Part shown: positions 37,987-48,407 of the stretch, piece after piece
How positions within the stretch are numbered: the stretch's first letter is position 1
Layout: each line of letters starts with the position of its first letter
From: Candidatus Latescibacterota bacterium
Lineage (GTDB): Bacteria > Latescibacterota > UBA2968 > UBA8231
Assembly (NCBI GenBank): GCA_965203355.1
Contig: OZ241889.1
Location: 992,001-1,056,000 of the forward strand
DNA: 64,000 nt
Direction: 5' to 3'
Notes under the pieces: generated by a model
Seen by the model: the letters and a program-made list of their open reading frames with translations, nothing else
Told to the model about the DNA's origin: nothing
Databases searched by the model: none
Position numbers and translations under genes: made by a program

Positions 37987-39267
37987 TCAGGCGAGAGGAA
38001 TGGTCGCTTCGCGCTCCGGCCCTACGGAAATCAAGGAGACCGATACCCGGCTCAACTCGGCGATCCGCTCGACATAAGCCTGCGCCTTTGGCGGCAAGTC
38101 GGCAAAACAGCGGGCAGCCGTAGTCGGCGCACGCCAACCGGCCATTTCTTCGTAGATTGGCTCGCATTGGTCGAGTACCTGCGGGTCGGCCGGGAATTCT
38201 TCCAGCACTTGGTCGCCGCAGCGATAGCCAACCCCCAGTTTGAGGTGCTCGCATTGGTCGAGTACGTCTAGCCGGGTCAGGGCTATGCTGGTCAGGCCGT
38301 TGATGCGCGCCGAGACCCGCAAGATGGCGGCGTCGAACCAGCCGCAGCGTCGCGGTCGGCCAGTGGTGGCTCCATACTCGCGGCCCAAGCCGCGCAAACG
38401 CTCGCCTTCTTCCCCCAATAACTCGGTGGGAAAAGGCCCGTTGCCCACGCGCGTGGTGTACGCTTTGGCCACGCCGACGACCTCGTCGATCCGCGTTGGG
38501 CCAATGCCCGTGCCGGTGCAGGCTCCACCCGCCGTGGTATTCGAGGAGGTGACGTAGGGATAGGTGCCGTGGTCGATGTCGAGCAAGGTCCCTTGTGCGC
38601 CTTCGCAGAGGACCATTTTGCCTTGGTCGAGGGCTTGGTTGAGCAAGACTGAGGTGTCGGCAACGTATGGGGCGAGCCGCTCGCCATAGCCGATGTATGC
38701 GTCGATGATGGGACCGGCCTCCAGCGGTTCTTGGCCGAAGATCTTAGTCAGGATTTCGTTTTTGGCGCAGATACAGGCGCGGAGTTTGTCGCGCAAACGC
38801 ACCGGGTCGCACAAGTCCATGACGCGCACCCCGTGGCTGCGCTCGACTTTGTCGCGGTACGCCGGGCTAATGCCGCGGCCGGTCGTGCCGATGGCGACGC
38901 CGTTTTTGCTCTCTTCCCCGGCCTTTTCCAAGACCTTGTGGTAGGGCATGACGACGTGGGCGACTTGGCTGAGGAAGAAGCGGTCGGCCACTGAAAAGCC
39001 CTTGGCCTCCAACGCGGCGATCTCGGCGAGCATGATGGCCGGATCGACGACCACCCCATTGCCCACCACGCAGACTTTGCCCTCGTGCATGATGCCCGAG
39101 GGAATGGTGTGGAAGACGAACTCGGCGCCGCCGGTGACGACCGTGTGACCGGCGTTGGCTCCTCCTTGATAGCGCACTACCACGTCGGCAGCGGACGTGA
39201 GGTAATCGACGATTTTGGCCTTGCCTTCGTCGCCCCACTGCGCTCCTAATACTATTTTTGCGGGCAT
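37987..39267 (-). CDS. purA: Adenylosuccinate synthetase
   Basis: QWGDEGKAK, GGANAGHT, EGAQG, TTGRPRRCGW. Confidence 0.97.
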   Translation of the reverse strand: MPAKIVLGAQWGDEGKAKIVDYLTSAADVVVRYQGGANAGHTVVTGGAEFVFHTIPSGIMHEGKVCVVGNGVVVDPAIMLAEIAALEAKGFSVADRFFLSQVAHVVMPYHKVLEKAGEESKNGVAIGTTGRGISPAYRDKVERSHGVRVMDLCDPVRLRDKLRACICAKNEILTKIFGQEPLEAGPIIDAYIGYGERLAPYVADTSVLLNQALDQGKMVLCEGAQGTLLDIDHGTYPYVTSSNTTAGGACTGTGIGPTRIDEVVGVAKAYTTRVGNGPFPTELLGEEGERLRGLGREYGATTGRPRRCGWFDAAILRVSARINGLTSIALTRLDVLDQCEHLKLGVGYRCGDQVLEEFPADPQVLDQCEPIYEEMAGWRAPTTAARCFADLPPKAQAYVERIAELSRVSVSLISVGPEREATIPLA

Positions 39268-39282
39268 TGCGTACTCCCGTGC

Positions 39283-40863
39283 TTAAAGACTGACTTGTTT
39301 GGCCCAGGAGATGTACTCCCGAGCGAGAATATCGTCAACTACGTCGGTGGTGATTGGGTCATCGACGTTGAGGATGGTCAAGGCTTGGCCGCCCATTTGG
39401 CGACGTCCGCACGACATTTGGGCGATGTTGACATGGTGGTTGCCCATGACCGTGCCGATTTGGCCGATGATGCCCGGGACATCGTCGTTGATGTAAAAGA
39501 GCATGTGCCCCTCTGGAACGGCGTCGAAAATGTACTCGTCGAAGTGGACGAGGCGCGGCTCGCTCTTGCCGAAGAGCGTACCCGCGAGTAGGCGCTGTCC
39601 CGCGCTCGTGTGGTACACTACGGTGATGAGACTGGCGTAGTCCTCGTGCTCGCTGCTGGTCCGCTCATCGACTTGCACGCCGCGCTCCTGCGCGAAAAGC
39701 AGCGCATTGACCACGTTGACGGCCGCGTCCGAGATGGTCCCCATGATGCCCTTGAGCACGGCCGAGGTCAGCGGCGCGGTCGGGTAGGCGGTGACCGCGC
39801 CTTGGTATTCGATGGTGATGCGCTCTAGCTGCCCTTCGCCGAGCTGAGCTTGCAGGCGTCCTAGCCGCTCGGCCAGCAAGAGGTAGGGCTGTAGTCTGCC
39901 GTGGATTTCGGGATCGACCGAAGGGGCGTTGACCGCGTTGCGAATGACGCGGCCCATCAGCGCATCGCCGACCTGCTCGGCCACCTCCAAGGCGACATTG
40001 GCTTGCGCTTCCTTGGTGGAGGCGGCCAAGTGCGGTGTGCAGATCACGCGGTCGTCAACCAAGAGATCCACGAGGGTTGGCGGCTCTTCCTCGAAGACAT
40101 CTAAGGAGGCGCCAGCGACCTTGCCCGAGTGTAAGCCGCGCAGGAGAGCGGCTTCGTCGATGATGCCGCCACGGGCGCAGTTGATTAGATAAACCCCGTC
40201 TTTGCACTGCGCGATCTGGGCGTCGGAAATCAGGTGTCGGGTCTGGTCGCTGAGATGGGTGTGGACGGTGATGAAATCGGCGGTCGCGTAGATTTCGTCG
40301 AGGGATGCCAGATGGGCGCCGTAGGAGAGGGCCATCTCTTGGCCGATGTAGGGGTCGTAGCCGAGGACCTTCATGCGAAAGGCCGCGGCGCGCGTGGCGA
40401 CCTCCCGGCCCACCCGGCCCAAGCCGATCACGGCGAGGGTCTTGCCCGCTAGCTCTACGCCGATGAATTGGCTCCGTTCCCACAGCCCCTTTTTGAGCGA
40501 GGATGTCGCCTGTGGGATGTGCCGCGCCAGAGAGGCTATGAGCGCGAAGGTGTGCTCGGCGGTCGATAGGGAATTGCCGCCCGGCGTGTTCATGACGATA
40601 ACGCCGTGGCGCGTTGCAGCCTCCACGTCGATGTTGTCGAAGCCGGTGCCGGCGCGACCAATGACCCGGAGGCGCGGCGCGGCCGCGAGCACCTCGGCGG
40701 TCACTTTGGTCGCGCTGCGCACGACGAGTCCTTCGTAGCCGCCGATGCAGTCTAGGAGCGCACTCGGCGACAATCCACTGCGCACATCTACTGCGACCTC
40801 GTCGTTGGCTTCGAGAATCTCGACGCAGCGGGAGTCCATCTTGTCGCTAATCAGTACTTTCAA
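39283..40863 (-). CDS. serA: D-3-phosphoglycerate dehydrogenase (ASB and ACT domains)
   Basis: VRSATKV, GRAGTGFDNID, TPHLAAST.EAQ, C-terminal NDDVPGIIG...NIA. Confidence 0.95.
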   Translation of the reverse strand: MKVLISDKMDSRCVEILEANDEVAVDVRSGLSPSALLDCIGGYEGLVVRSATKVTAEVLAAAPRLRVIGRAGTGFDNIDVEAATRHGVIVMNTPGGNSLSTAEHTFALIASLARHIPQATSSLKKGLWERSQFIGVELAGKTLAVIGLGRVGREVATRAAAFRMKVLGYDPYIGQEMALSYGAHLASLDEIYATADFITVHTHLSDQTRHLISDAQIAQCKDGVYLINCARGGIIDEAALLRGLHSGKVAGASLDVFEEEPPTLVDLLVDDRVICTPHLAASTKEAQANVALEVAEQVGDALMGRVIRNAVNAPSVDPEIHGRLQPYLLLAERLGRLQAQLGEGQLERITIEYQGAVTAYPTAPLTSAVLKGIMGTISDAAVNVVNALLFAQERGVQVDERTSSEHEDYASLITVVYHTSAGQRLLAGTLFGKSEPRLVHFDEYIFDAVPEGHMLFYINDDVPGIIGQIGTVMGNHHVNIAQMSCGRRQMGGQALTILNVDDPITTDVVDDILAREYISWAKQVSL

Positions 40864-40872
40864 TGGTCCTCT

Positions 40873-41466
40873 TTAGGTTGGGTTGCCAGCTAACGCCTCG
40901 GCGATCCAGCCTGTAATGTCGTCCTGCCCGCGGCCATTGACCGCCGAGAACGGCACAAAGGAAAGGCCGGCGAGCGATCCTTGGGCATCGAGCTGGTCGA
41001 ATAAGAGCTGTAGCTTGTTGCGCGACAGTTTATCCGCTTTGGTAAAAACCAGCAGGAAGGGCTTATCGAGGCCGCGCAAATGGTCGATCATCTGCCGGTC
41101 CAAGTCGGTGGGGCCGTGCCGGGCGTCGATGAGCTGCAACACCGCGCACAATGCGGCGCGATTGGCCATGTAGCGGCGGATGAGCTGGCCTAACTGCAAG
41201 CGCAAGCCCATGCCGCCGCGCACGTACCCGTAACCAGGTAGATCGACTAAGTAGAACTGCTCGTTGGCCAGATAGTAGTTTAGCTGCTGGGTCTTGCCGG
41301 GTACGGTGCTGGTGCGCGCCAGCTTCTTGCGCTGTACTAACCTGTTGATCAGGGAAGACTTGCCGACGTTGGAGCGGCCCACTAAGGCGATTTCGGGCAA
41401 GCCGTCCTTGGGCAGATCGGCCATGCGGACGGCGCCAATTTTGAATTCGACCGAAGAAAAGCGCAT
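40873..41466 (-). CDS. engB: Ribosome biogenesis GTPase YsxC/EngB
   Basis: GRSNVGKSSLIN, PGKTQ, DLPGYG, TKADK. Confidence 0.95.
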   Translation of the reverse strand: MRFSSVEFKIGAVRMADLPKDGLPEIALVGRSNVGKSSLINRLVQRKKLARTSTVPGKTQQLNYYLANEQFYLVDLPGYGYVRGGMGLRLQLGQLIRRYMANRAALCAVLQLIDARHGPTDLDRQMIDHLRGLDKPFLLVFTKADKLSRNKLQLLFDQLDAQGSLAGLSFVPFSAVNGRGQDDITGWIAEALAGNPT

Positions 41467-41482
41467 CGCTAGGGCTTGGCGA

Positions 41483-42733
41483 TCAGGCGCGTTTGCGCTG
41501 GATCTCTTCGTCTTCGTAGCTATACTGCTCAATCCCGCGCTCGACCATCTCACCCGTAACTTGCAGGCGCGTCACGCCTTCCTGAGAGGGAATGTCGAAC
41601 ATGATGTCCATCATGGCCTGCTCTAGAACGGAGCGCAGACCGCGGGCACCTGTGCCCTTGTGAACGGTCAGGGCCACTATCTTGTGCAGGGCGTCCTCGG
41701 TGAACTCGACCTCGACTCCGTCCATGGCGAAGAGCCGCTGCGACTGCTTGATGATGGCGTCGTGCGGCTCGGTGAGGATGCGGAACAAGTCGCCCTCAGC
41801 GAGCTCGTCCATGGTGGTGATTACTGGTACGCGACCGACAAATTCGGGGATCATGCCGTAGGCGAGCAAATCTTCGGGCTGCACCAGCGGCAATATGTCC
41901 TCGGCGTTGGCGTGGGGTTCGTCGTCCCGGTCGGCTCCAAAGCCCATGGTACGCTTGCCGATCCGTTGGCTGATGACCTTGTCTAGCCCCTCAAAGGCTC
42001 CGCCGCAGACGAAGAGAATGTTGCGGGTGTTCATCTGAATCATCGGCTGCTCAGGGTGCTTGCGGCCTCCCTTGGGCGGGATGTTGGCGGTGGTGCCCTC
42101 TAAAATTTTGAGCAGCGCTTGCTGCACGCCCTCGCCCGACACGTCGCGGCCAACCGAAGGCGTGGCACTCTTGCGGGCAATTTTGTCGACCTCGTCGAGA
42201 TAGAGGATGCCCTTTTCGGCGCGGGGCACGTCGTAGTCGGCCGCTTGCAAAAGGCTCACGAGGATATTCTCCACGTCCTCGCCCACGTAGCCAGCCTCGG
42301 TGAGAATGGTGGCGTCGGCAATGGAGAAGGGGACTTGTAGGAATTTTGCCAGCGTTTTGGCCAGTTCGGTCTTGCCGGTGCCGGTGGGGCCGATGAGCAT
42401 TACGTTGCTTTTCTCGAGCTCCACCTCGTCTAAGTCGACTTTGGTGCGGATGCGCTTGTAGTGATTGTACACGGCGACCGCGAGAATCTTCTTGGCCCGC
42501 TCTTGGGCGATGACGTATTCGTCGAGGAAATCCTTGATTTGGGTCGGCTTGGGCATCTCGGCGGTCTCCCAGGGGAGGGTCTTTTGCCGCTCCTCGACTA
42601 AGACGTCGTTGCACAGCTTGACGCACTCGTTGCAGATGTGGACCTGGGGGCCGGTTATGATCTTGTCAACTTGGTTGTGGCTGCGCCCGCAGAACGAGCA
42701 GCGCGGATCGCTTTGGGGAGGCCGACGGCGCAA
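41483..42733 (-). CDS. clpX: ATP-dependent Clp protease ATP-binding subunit
   Basis: CSFCG zinc finger, [28 protein letters not shown]. Confidence 0.97.
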   Translation of the reverse strand: MRRRPPQSDPRCSFCGRSHNQVDKIITGPQVHICNECVKLCNDVLVEERQKTLPWETAEMPKPTQIKDFLDEYVIAQERAKKILAVAVYNHYKRIRTKVDLDEVELEKSNVMLIGPTGTGKTELAKTLAKFLQVPFSIADATILTEAGYVGEDVENILVSLLQAADYDVPRAEKGILYLDEVDKIARKSATPSVGRDVSGEGVQQALLKILEGTTANIPPKGGRKHPEQPMIQMNTRNILFVCGGAFEGLDKVISQRIGKRTMGFGADRDDEPHANAEDILPLVQPEDLLAYGMIPEFVGRVPVITTMDELAEGDLFRILTEPHDAIIKQSQRLFAMDGVEVEFTEDALHKIVALTVHKGTGARGLRSVLEQAMMDIMFDIPSQEGVTRLQVTGEMVERGIEQYSYEDEEIQRKRA

Positions 42734-42742
42734 AACAAGCTC

Positions 42743-43351
42743 CTATGCGGGGGAAGCGGCTACCTCGACGCTCGATGGAGCGATGATCGCGTCGATAATG
42801 CCGTATTCGACGGCTTCTGCGGCCGACATAAAAAAGTCGCGCTCGGTGTCGCGCTCAATGCGCGCCAGCGGCTGGCCAGTACACTCGACTAGAACCTCGT
42901 TGATCTGCTGGCGCATGGCGATGATCTCGCGGGCGTGGATCTCCATGTCGGCTGCTTGACCGCCAATTCCGCCCATGGGCTGGTGCAGCAAGACGCGGGC
43001 GTTGGGTAGAGCTTGGCGCTTGCCCTTGGTGCCGCCGGCCAACAGTATGGCTCCCATGCTGGACGCTTGGCCGATGCAGATCGTGGATATGTCGGCGGCC
43101 ACGTATTGCATGGTGTCGTAGATGGCCATGCCCGCCGAAATCAGCCCGCCGGGGGTGTTGAGATAGAGCGCGATGTCCTTTTTGGGATCTTCCGAAGCGA
43201 GAAAGAGCATCTGGGCGATGATGAGATTGGCGATCGCGTCGTTGATCGGAGTGCCGGCGAATATGATGCGCTCCTTGAGCAGCCGCGAGTAAATGTCGTA
43301 TGAGCGCTCTCCGCGGCCGGTCTGTTCGATGACCATTGGAATCAGCGACAT
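42743..43351 (-). CDS. clpP: ATP-dependent Clp protease proteolytic subunit
   Basis: [22 protein letters not shown]. Confidence 0.97.
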   Translation of the reverse strand: MSLIPMVIEQTGRGERSYDIYSRLLKERIIFAGTPINDAIANLIIAQMLFLASEDPKKDIALYLNTPGGLISAGMAIYDTMQYVAADISTICIGQASSMGAILLAGGTKGKRQALPNARVLLHQPMGGIGGQAADMEIHAREIIAMRQQINEVLVECTGQPLARIERDTERDFFMSAAEAVEYGIIDAIIAPSSVEVAASPA

Positions 43352-43354
43352 GAT

Positions 43355-44569
43355 TTATACCTTTTCTTCTTTGATGTCGGCTTTGGCGATGAGCAACTCG
43401 ATGACTTTTTGCTCTTCCAACTCGCGCCGCAGTTCCTCCGCGTTCTGGGAGTCGGCCGGTTGGGTGCCAGCGCGCTCGGCGGCGAATTGGGCTAACTCCT
43501 CGTCTGTTACCTCGACCCCGGCTTGTTGGCGTACGCTTTCAAGCAGCAGATAGCTCTTGAGCTGGCGCGAGGCTTGGTCGCGCTCTTCGTCGCTGTGGTC
43601 GAGGTTGGCATGCTCTCGTTCGAGCGAGTTGAGGTAGTTATCGACCATGCTCTCGGGCAGTTCAAAGTCGTTTTTTAGGATGAGCTGGTTGATCAACTCG
43701 CTGCGCAGACGCTGTTGGGCCATGTATTCCCAGCGCTGTTGGATCTGCTCGCTGAGGTGCTGGCGCAAGTCGCCGAGGGCCTGGAACTGTTCGCCGAGAT
43801 CTTTGGCGAATTCGTCGTCGAGTTCGGGCAGAGTGCGCTCGCGCACTTCGTGGGCTGCCACTGCGAAGTGCGCGGTCTGGCCGGCGAGCTGTTCGTCGGT
43901 TAGGTCCTCGCGGTAGGCGAAGCGGACCCGGCGCTCTTCGCCCGCACCCATGCCGACGAGTGCCTCTTCAAACTCGGGGCTGGGGGCGTTTTCGTCGCCG
44001 ATGAGGATGTGGCGCTTTTCGTATTTGTCGCCAATGACGGGCAAGCCGCTGTCGTCGAGCCGCTGCAAGTCCGCGACGAGCACGTCGCCGTTGGCCAGCG
44101 GTCGCTCGACGACTTGCTCGGTGGCGTGGCGGCGGCGCAACGCTTCTAGATGCTCGCTGATTTCCGCGTCGGCTACCTCGTGAACCACGCGGGTGGCGGC
44201 GAGTTTTTCGTAGTGCTCGGCTTTGATCTCAGGCCAGATGTCGAGATCGGCTGTGAACGTCAGGTTGCCTCCCGGCTCGTGGGCGAGTTGGGAGATTTTG
44301 GGTGGCGCGGCTGGTCGCAGGCCCGCCTCGTGGGTGGCTTCTTCTAGCAGTGAGGGGAGCAGATCGTCGAGAACTTCGCCTCGAATGGAACTGCCGAAGC
44401 GGGCCTCGACGATTCTGAGCGGTGCTTTGCCCTTGCGGAAGCCTGGGATGTCCAGCCGCTTTTGGTAGCGACGCAGGGCCTTGTTGACGGCGTCGTCAAT
44501 GCGTGCGGCTTCGACTTCAACGGCGAGCTCGCGTCCCCACTGACCTTTCTCGGTGACCTGTGTTTTCAC
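43355..44569 (-). CDS. tig: Trigger factor
   Basis: PGFRKGKAP, PELDDEFAK; tRNA-Leu-tig-clpP-clpX synteny. Confidence 0.93.
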   Translation of the reverse strand: MKTQVTEKGQWGRELAVEVEAARIDDAVNKALRRYQKRLDIPGFRKGKAPLRIVEARFGSSIRGEVLDDLLPSLLEEATHEAGLRPAAPPKISQLAHEPGGNLTFTADLDIWPEIKAEHYEKLAATRVVHEVADAEISEHLEALRRRHATEQVVERPLANGDVLVADLQRLDDSGLPVIGDKYEKRHILIGDENAPSPEFEEALVGMGAGEERRVRFAYREDLTDEQLAGQTAHFAVAAHEVRERTLPELDDEFAKDLGEQFQALGDLRQHLSEQIQQRWEYMAQQRLRSELINQLILKNDFELPESMVDNYLNSLEREHANLDHSDEERDQASRQLKSYLLLESVRQQAGVEVTDEELAQFAAERAGTQPADSQNAEELRRELEEQKVIELLIAKADIKEEKV

Positions 44570-44633
44570 GAAACGCAATCCTACCAGAGCTAGGGCGCAC
44601 CGCCAAATCGCCGGCCATGCGCTCGTTTATTTT

Positions 44634-44720
44634 TGGTGCGAAAGGGGGGACTCGAACCCCCATGCCCTTTCGGGCACTAGATCCTAAATCTAGCGCGTCT
44701 ACCAGTTCCGCCACTTTCGC
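44634..44720 (-). tRNA. tRNA-Leu (anticodon TAG)
   Basis: GCGAAAG acceptor stem, anticodon arm CTAGA-TTTAGGA-TCTAG, long variable arm, GTTCGAG T-loop, encoded CCA. Confidence 0.96.
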
Positions 44721-44787
44721 GATACCGGCTACTGCATCGCAATGCGAAAGTCTGCGCTTGAGGTGGGTTATAGTCCAAGCGCGAAGG

Positions 44788-44817
44788 ATAATATCAGGAT
44801 TTATGCTACGGGGTCAA
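44788..44817 (-). promoter_or_regulatory. Sigma70 promoter for tRNA-Leu/tig
   Basis: TTGACC-N18-TATTAT with TG extension on the minus strand. Confidence 0.55.
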
Positions 44818-46187
44818 GGGATTTGCCAAGCGTCCATGCGGCTCTCAAGGTGGGTGCGAAGCTCGGCTATGGACACCCGCTCTTGGGCCATGGTATCGCG
44901 CGTGCGCACGGTGACGGTCTGGTCCGCTAGGGTGTCCGAATCGACCGTTAGGCAGAACGGCGTCCCCACCTCGTCCATGCGCCGGTAGCGCCGCCCGATC
45001 GCGCCGCCTTCGTCGTAAAAAACCCGCATGTAAGGCCGGAGGTTCTCGGCGATTTGCCGGGCGATGGCAGGCATGCCGTCGCGCTTGACGAGGGGCAACA
45101 CCGCTGCTTTGAGCGGCGCAATGCGCGGGTGAAAGCGCATTACCACCCGGGTCTCACCCCGGACCGCTTCCTCGTGGTATGCTTCGACTAGGCAGGCCAT
45201 TAGCGTGCGGCTAGCTCCTATGGAGGTTTCTACGACGTAGGGCACGAACTTGGTGCGCTGCTCCTCGTCGAAGTACTTGAGCTGTTTGCCCGAGAATTTT
45301 TCGTGCTGCGACAGGTCGTAGTCGCCGCGATTGTGGATGCCCTCGATCTCGCCCGGGCCAAAGGGAAACTCGTACTGGACGTCGAAGGCGGCGCGGGCAT
45401 AGTGGGCTAGTTCGTCGCCTTGGTGTTCGCGCCAGCTCAACTTGCGCTCGGGCAGGCCGATTTGTGCAAACCACTTCCAGCGCTCCTCGCGCCAATAGTC
45501 GAACCACTCGTCTTGGGTGCCCGGCGCGACGAAGTACTGCATCTCCATCTGCTCAAATTCCCGCGTGCGGAAGAGGAAATTCTTGGTGTTGATCTCGTTG
45601 CGGAATGCCTTGCCGATCTGGGCGATGCCAAAGGGCAGTTTCTGGCGCGTCGCCGCCTGCACGTTGAGGTAGTTGACGAAGATGCCCTGCGCTGTCTCCG
45701 GGCGGAGAAAGACCCGCGCACTGTCGTCTTCGAGCGGACCGACGAAGGTCTTGAACATCAGGTTGAATTGCCGCGGGTCGCTCAGTTCGTTGCCTTTGGG
45801 GCTTTTAATGTTGTGTTCGCGCAGCCGTGCGCCCATCTCCTCGGCGCTCAGGCCGGTTGCGTCGATGCCGTTTTCTTCGAGAAGTTGGTCGAGCCGAAAG
45901 CGCTCGTTGGTCTTGCGATCTTCGACCATGGGATCGGTAAAGCTATCGACGTGGCCGGATGCCTCCCACACCCGCTGATTCATGAGGATGCTGGCGTCAA
46001 GGCCCTCTACGTCCTCTCGGTAGGTCATGGCCTTCCACCAGACCTCTTTGATGTTGCGCAACAACTCGACGCCCAACGGGCCGTAATCCCAGCAGCCGTT
46101 GAGGCCGCCGTAGATTTCCGAGCTTTGGTAGATAAAACCTTTGCGCTTGCACAGGGATACTAGTTTTTCCATTGCGTCGTCGGACAT
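44814..46187 (-). CDS. glyQS: Glycine--tRNA ligase, homodimeric alpha2 type
   Basis: EIYGG, LRPETAQGIF, FRTREFEQMEM, IGRRYRRMDEVGTP. Confidence 0.96.
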   Translation of the reverse strand: MSDDAMEKLVSLCKRKGFIYQSSEIYGGLNGCWDYGPLGVELLRNIKEVWWKAMTYREDVEGLDASILMNQRVWEASGHVDSFTDPMVEDRKTNERFRLDQLLEENGIDATGLSAEEMGARLREHNIKSPKGNELSDPRQFNLMFKTFVGPLEDDSARVFLRPETAQGIFVNYLNVQAATRQKLPFGIAQIGKAFRNEINTKNFLFRTREFEQMEMQYFVAPGTQDEWFDYWREERWKWFAQIGLPERKLSWREHQGDELAHYARAAFDVQYEFPFGPGEIEGIHNRGDYDLSQHEKFSGKQLKYFDEEQRTKFVPYVVETSIGASRTLMACLVEAYHEEAVRGETRVVMRFHPRIAPLKAAVLPLVKRDGMPAIARQIAENLRPYMRVFYDEGGAIGRRYRRMDEVGTPFCLTVDSDTLADQTVTVRTRDTMAQERVSIAELRTHLESRMDAWQIP

Positions 46188-46203
46188 GAAAATCTCCAGT
46201 ACG

Positions 46204-46968
46204 TTAGACGGTGAGGCCATCGAGAAAATCGAGCGATTTGAGTCGGCTGTGCTCGCCCCCGTGGTACTCTAGAAAGCCGCGCAAAGCCATGCGGATCTCT
46301 CCGCGCTGGGAAGGGGCTTGGGGGAGCGCATCCTTGCTGTAGGTCCTAAGACCTTGGAGGACGGCGAGAAAGCGCAAGCTGCGCGGTGCTAAGCGCACTC
46401 CATGCCCCGGGCCACAGGTCGCGCACAGGCCACCTCCGAGGGCTGCGCTGAACCACGACGAGGGGCCGACTAGCTCGCGTTGACAACTAATGCAGTGGCA
46501 CAACTCCGGGCGGTAGCCGAGGGCCGCGGCAGCGCGGAGCTGGAAGTACCAGAACAGCGCTTCGACCTGCTCTGGCTCCACTTCGGCCAGCCCGTGCAAC
46601 ACGCCCGATAAGCACTGGTAGAGCCGGGGGTTGCTTTCCCCTTCGATCGTTAGGCGATCCACGAGCTCGCAGGCGGCGCTGCCAAAGGAGAGTCGCTCCA
46701 GGCTTTGCGATAAGTCGGGCGCTGGTTTGAGCAGGGTGCATTCGCTCAAGGTTTGCAGGTCGCGGGTCTCTTTGACGTAGCAGACGGCTTGGACCTCACT
46801 CATCAAGCCGAGCGCGGCACCGAACCGACTCTTGGGCTTGCGAGCACCCCGGGCCACGACCTTGAGTTTGCCGTGCTCCTGAGCGTACAAGGTCGCTAGG
46901 CTGCTGGTCTCGCCCATGCGCATGGTGCGCAGGACGATGGCGCGCGTTTTGACGATGGTGCGTGGCAT
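46204..46968 (-). CDS. recO: DNA repair protein RecO
   Basis: AIVLRT..GE, GKLKVVARGARKPKS, CxxC zinc motifs. Confidence 0.92.
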   Translation of the reverse strand: MPRTIVKTRAIVLRTMRMGETSSLATLYAQEHGKLKVVARGARKPKSRFGAALGLMSEVQAVCYVKETRDLQTLSECTLLKPAPDLSQSLERLSFGSAACELVDRLTIEGESNPRLYQCLSGVLHGLAEVEPEQVEALFWYFQLRAAAALGYRPELCHCISCQRELVGPSSWFSAALGGGLCATCGPGHGVRLAPRSLRFLAVLQGLRTYSKDALPQAPSQRGEIRMALRGFLEYHGGEHSRLKSLDFLDGLTV

Positions 46969-46972
46969 GGCG

Positions 46973-47254
46973 TCACGGGCCTTCTTCCGTCGGCAGGGGA
47001 ATGACCACCTCGCCCGGCTTGACCAAGCCGAGATCTTCGCGCGCGACTCTTTCGATGAAGTCGATGTCGCTTTCGAGTAGTTTTAGCACTTGGCGCAAGC
47101 TGTCTGTTTCGGCTTCTAGTTGTTTCACCTCGGCTTTGAGTTCCGCAAGGGTTTTCTCCTTTTGCCACACCTTGTAGAATCGCCCGTTGCCAAAGGCTAT
47201 GTACGCCACCAAAGCGAGGAAGGCGATCAGCAAGATCTTGGCTGTCTTAGTCAC
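46973..47254 (-). CDS. ftsB: Septum formation initiator (FtsB/DivIC)
   Basis: TM helix, coiled coil, IERVAREDLGLVKPGE. Confidence 0.88.
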   Translation of the reverse strand: MTKTAKILLIAFLALVAYIAFGNGRFYKVWQKEKTLAELKAEVKQLEAETDSLRQVLKLLESDIDFIERVAREDLGLVKPGEVVIPLPTEEGP

Positions 47255-47261
47255 GTCGGTT

Positions 47262-48407
47262 TTAGAATAAGACGAGGTCGTCGCGGTGAATGACCGCTTG
47301 AGCGGGGCGGCCCAGCGCGCTTGTGACTTCGGGCGAGCTCATGCCCAATATGCGGCGCAGTTCAGGGGCTGAATAACGGCACAAGCCCCGCCCCAACTTC
47401 TCGCCGCGCGCGCCAAGCACCTGCACCACGTCGCCCGCGTCAAACTCGCCTTCGCAGGAGACGACCCCCACCGGAAGCAGGCTTTTGTCCTGTTCGGCGA
47501 TGGCGCGTTGGGCACCGCGGTCGATCACCGCGCTGCCGCGACACTGGCTGGCAAAACCGATCCAGCGATGTCGGCTGTTGAGCTTGCGGCCAGCCGGCAA
47601 AAAGAGCGTCCCTTGCTCGCGGCCGGCGAGGATGTGGCGCAAGCGGTGTTTGCGCCCGTGCGCGATGACGGCCATTTCGCCGCAGGCCATTAACAGCCGA
47701 GCGGCCCGCAGTTTAGTCGCCATGCCCCCACTGCCGCGCCCGTCGAGCGAGCGACCAATCATCCCCTTTAGGTCGAGGCTGTCTTGGTCTATGTGGTTTA
47801 CTAGCGTTCCTTCGGGGCCGTGCGGACCGAAGGCGTGGTAAAGCCCCTCGACATCCGAAAACATGACCAGCATGTCCGCCCGGATCAGGTTCGTCACATA
47901 AGCGGCGAGCATGTCGTTTTCTCCGAGCTGACGCCGGAGTTCGGCAACGGCGACGCTGTCGTTTTCGTTGATTAGAGGCACGGCCCCATAGGCAAAGAGG
48001 TTGCGGAAGGTGTTTTCGAGATTTACGTAGCGATGGCGGTCGCCGAGGATGTCCTCGGCGGTTAAGAGCACTTGGCCGATGGGCACGCCTCGGCGGTGGA
48101 ATTTGTCCTTGTAGGTATCCATCAACAGCACTTGGCCGATGGCGGCGAGCGCTTGTAGCTGGGCGATGTTGTCTGGGCGTCTGTCCAACTCCAGCCGCCC
48201 CATGCCCGCGGCCACCGCTCCCGAGGTGACAATCGCCACCTCCAAGCCCTGCGCGCGCAGTTCAGCTACGTCTTCGACGAGCTGGCTGACGGCCGCGTCG
48301 TCGAGCTTGTGGCACCGAGTGGTCAGGGCGCTGCTGCCGATTTTGACGACCAGCCGCTGCACCTCGCTCATCCGTGCTGGCCGCGAGACTTCGGTTGCCT
48401 CGGTCAC
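47262..48407 (-). CDS. proB: Glutamate 5-kinase with a PUA domain
   Basis: VVKIGSS, VTSGAVAAG, INENDSV, GSGGMATK, IHRDDL. Confidence 0.95.
   Translation of the reverse strand: MTEATEVSRPARMSEVQRLVVKIGSSALTTRCHKLDDAAVSQLVEDVAELRAQGLEVAIVTSGAVAAGMGRLELDRRPDNIAQLQALAAIGQVLLMDTYKDKFHRRGVPIGQVLLTAEDILGDRHRYVNLENTFRNLFAYGAVPLINENDSVAVAELRRQLGENDMLAAYVTNLIRADMLVMFSDVEGLYHAFGPHGPEGTLVNHIDQDSLDLKGMIGRSLDGRGSGGMATKLRAARLLMACGEMAVIAHGRKHRLRHILAGREQGTLFLPAGRKLNSRHRWIGFASQCRGSAVIDRGAQRAIAEQDKSLLPVGVVSCEGEFDAGDVVQVLGARGEKLGRGLCRYSAPELRRILGMSSPEVTSALGRPAQAVIHRDDLVLF

Noticed and set aside
44590-44720. tRNA-Leu as an integration site
   Set aside because: tig follows directly; no duplicated tRNA 3' end or integrase seen
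44814-46187. Eukaryote-type glycyl-tRNA synthetase as a host-derived gene
   Set aside because: The alpha2 type is the normal form in many bacterial phyla, and recO-glyQS linkage is ordinary
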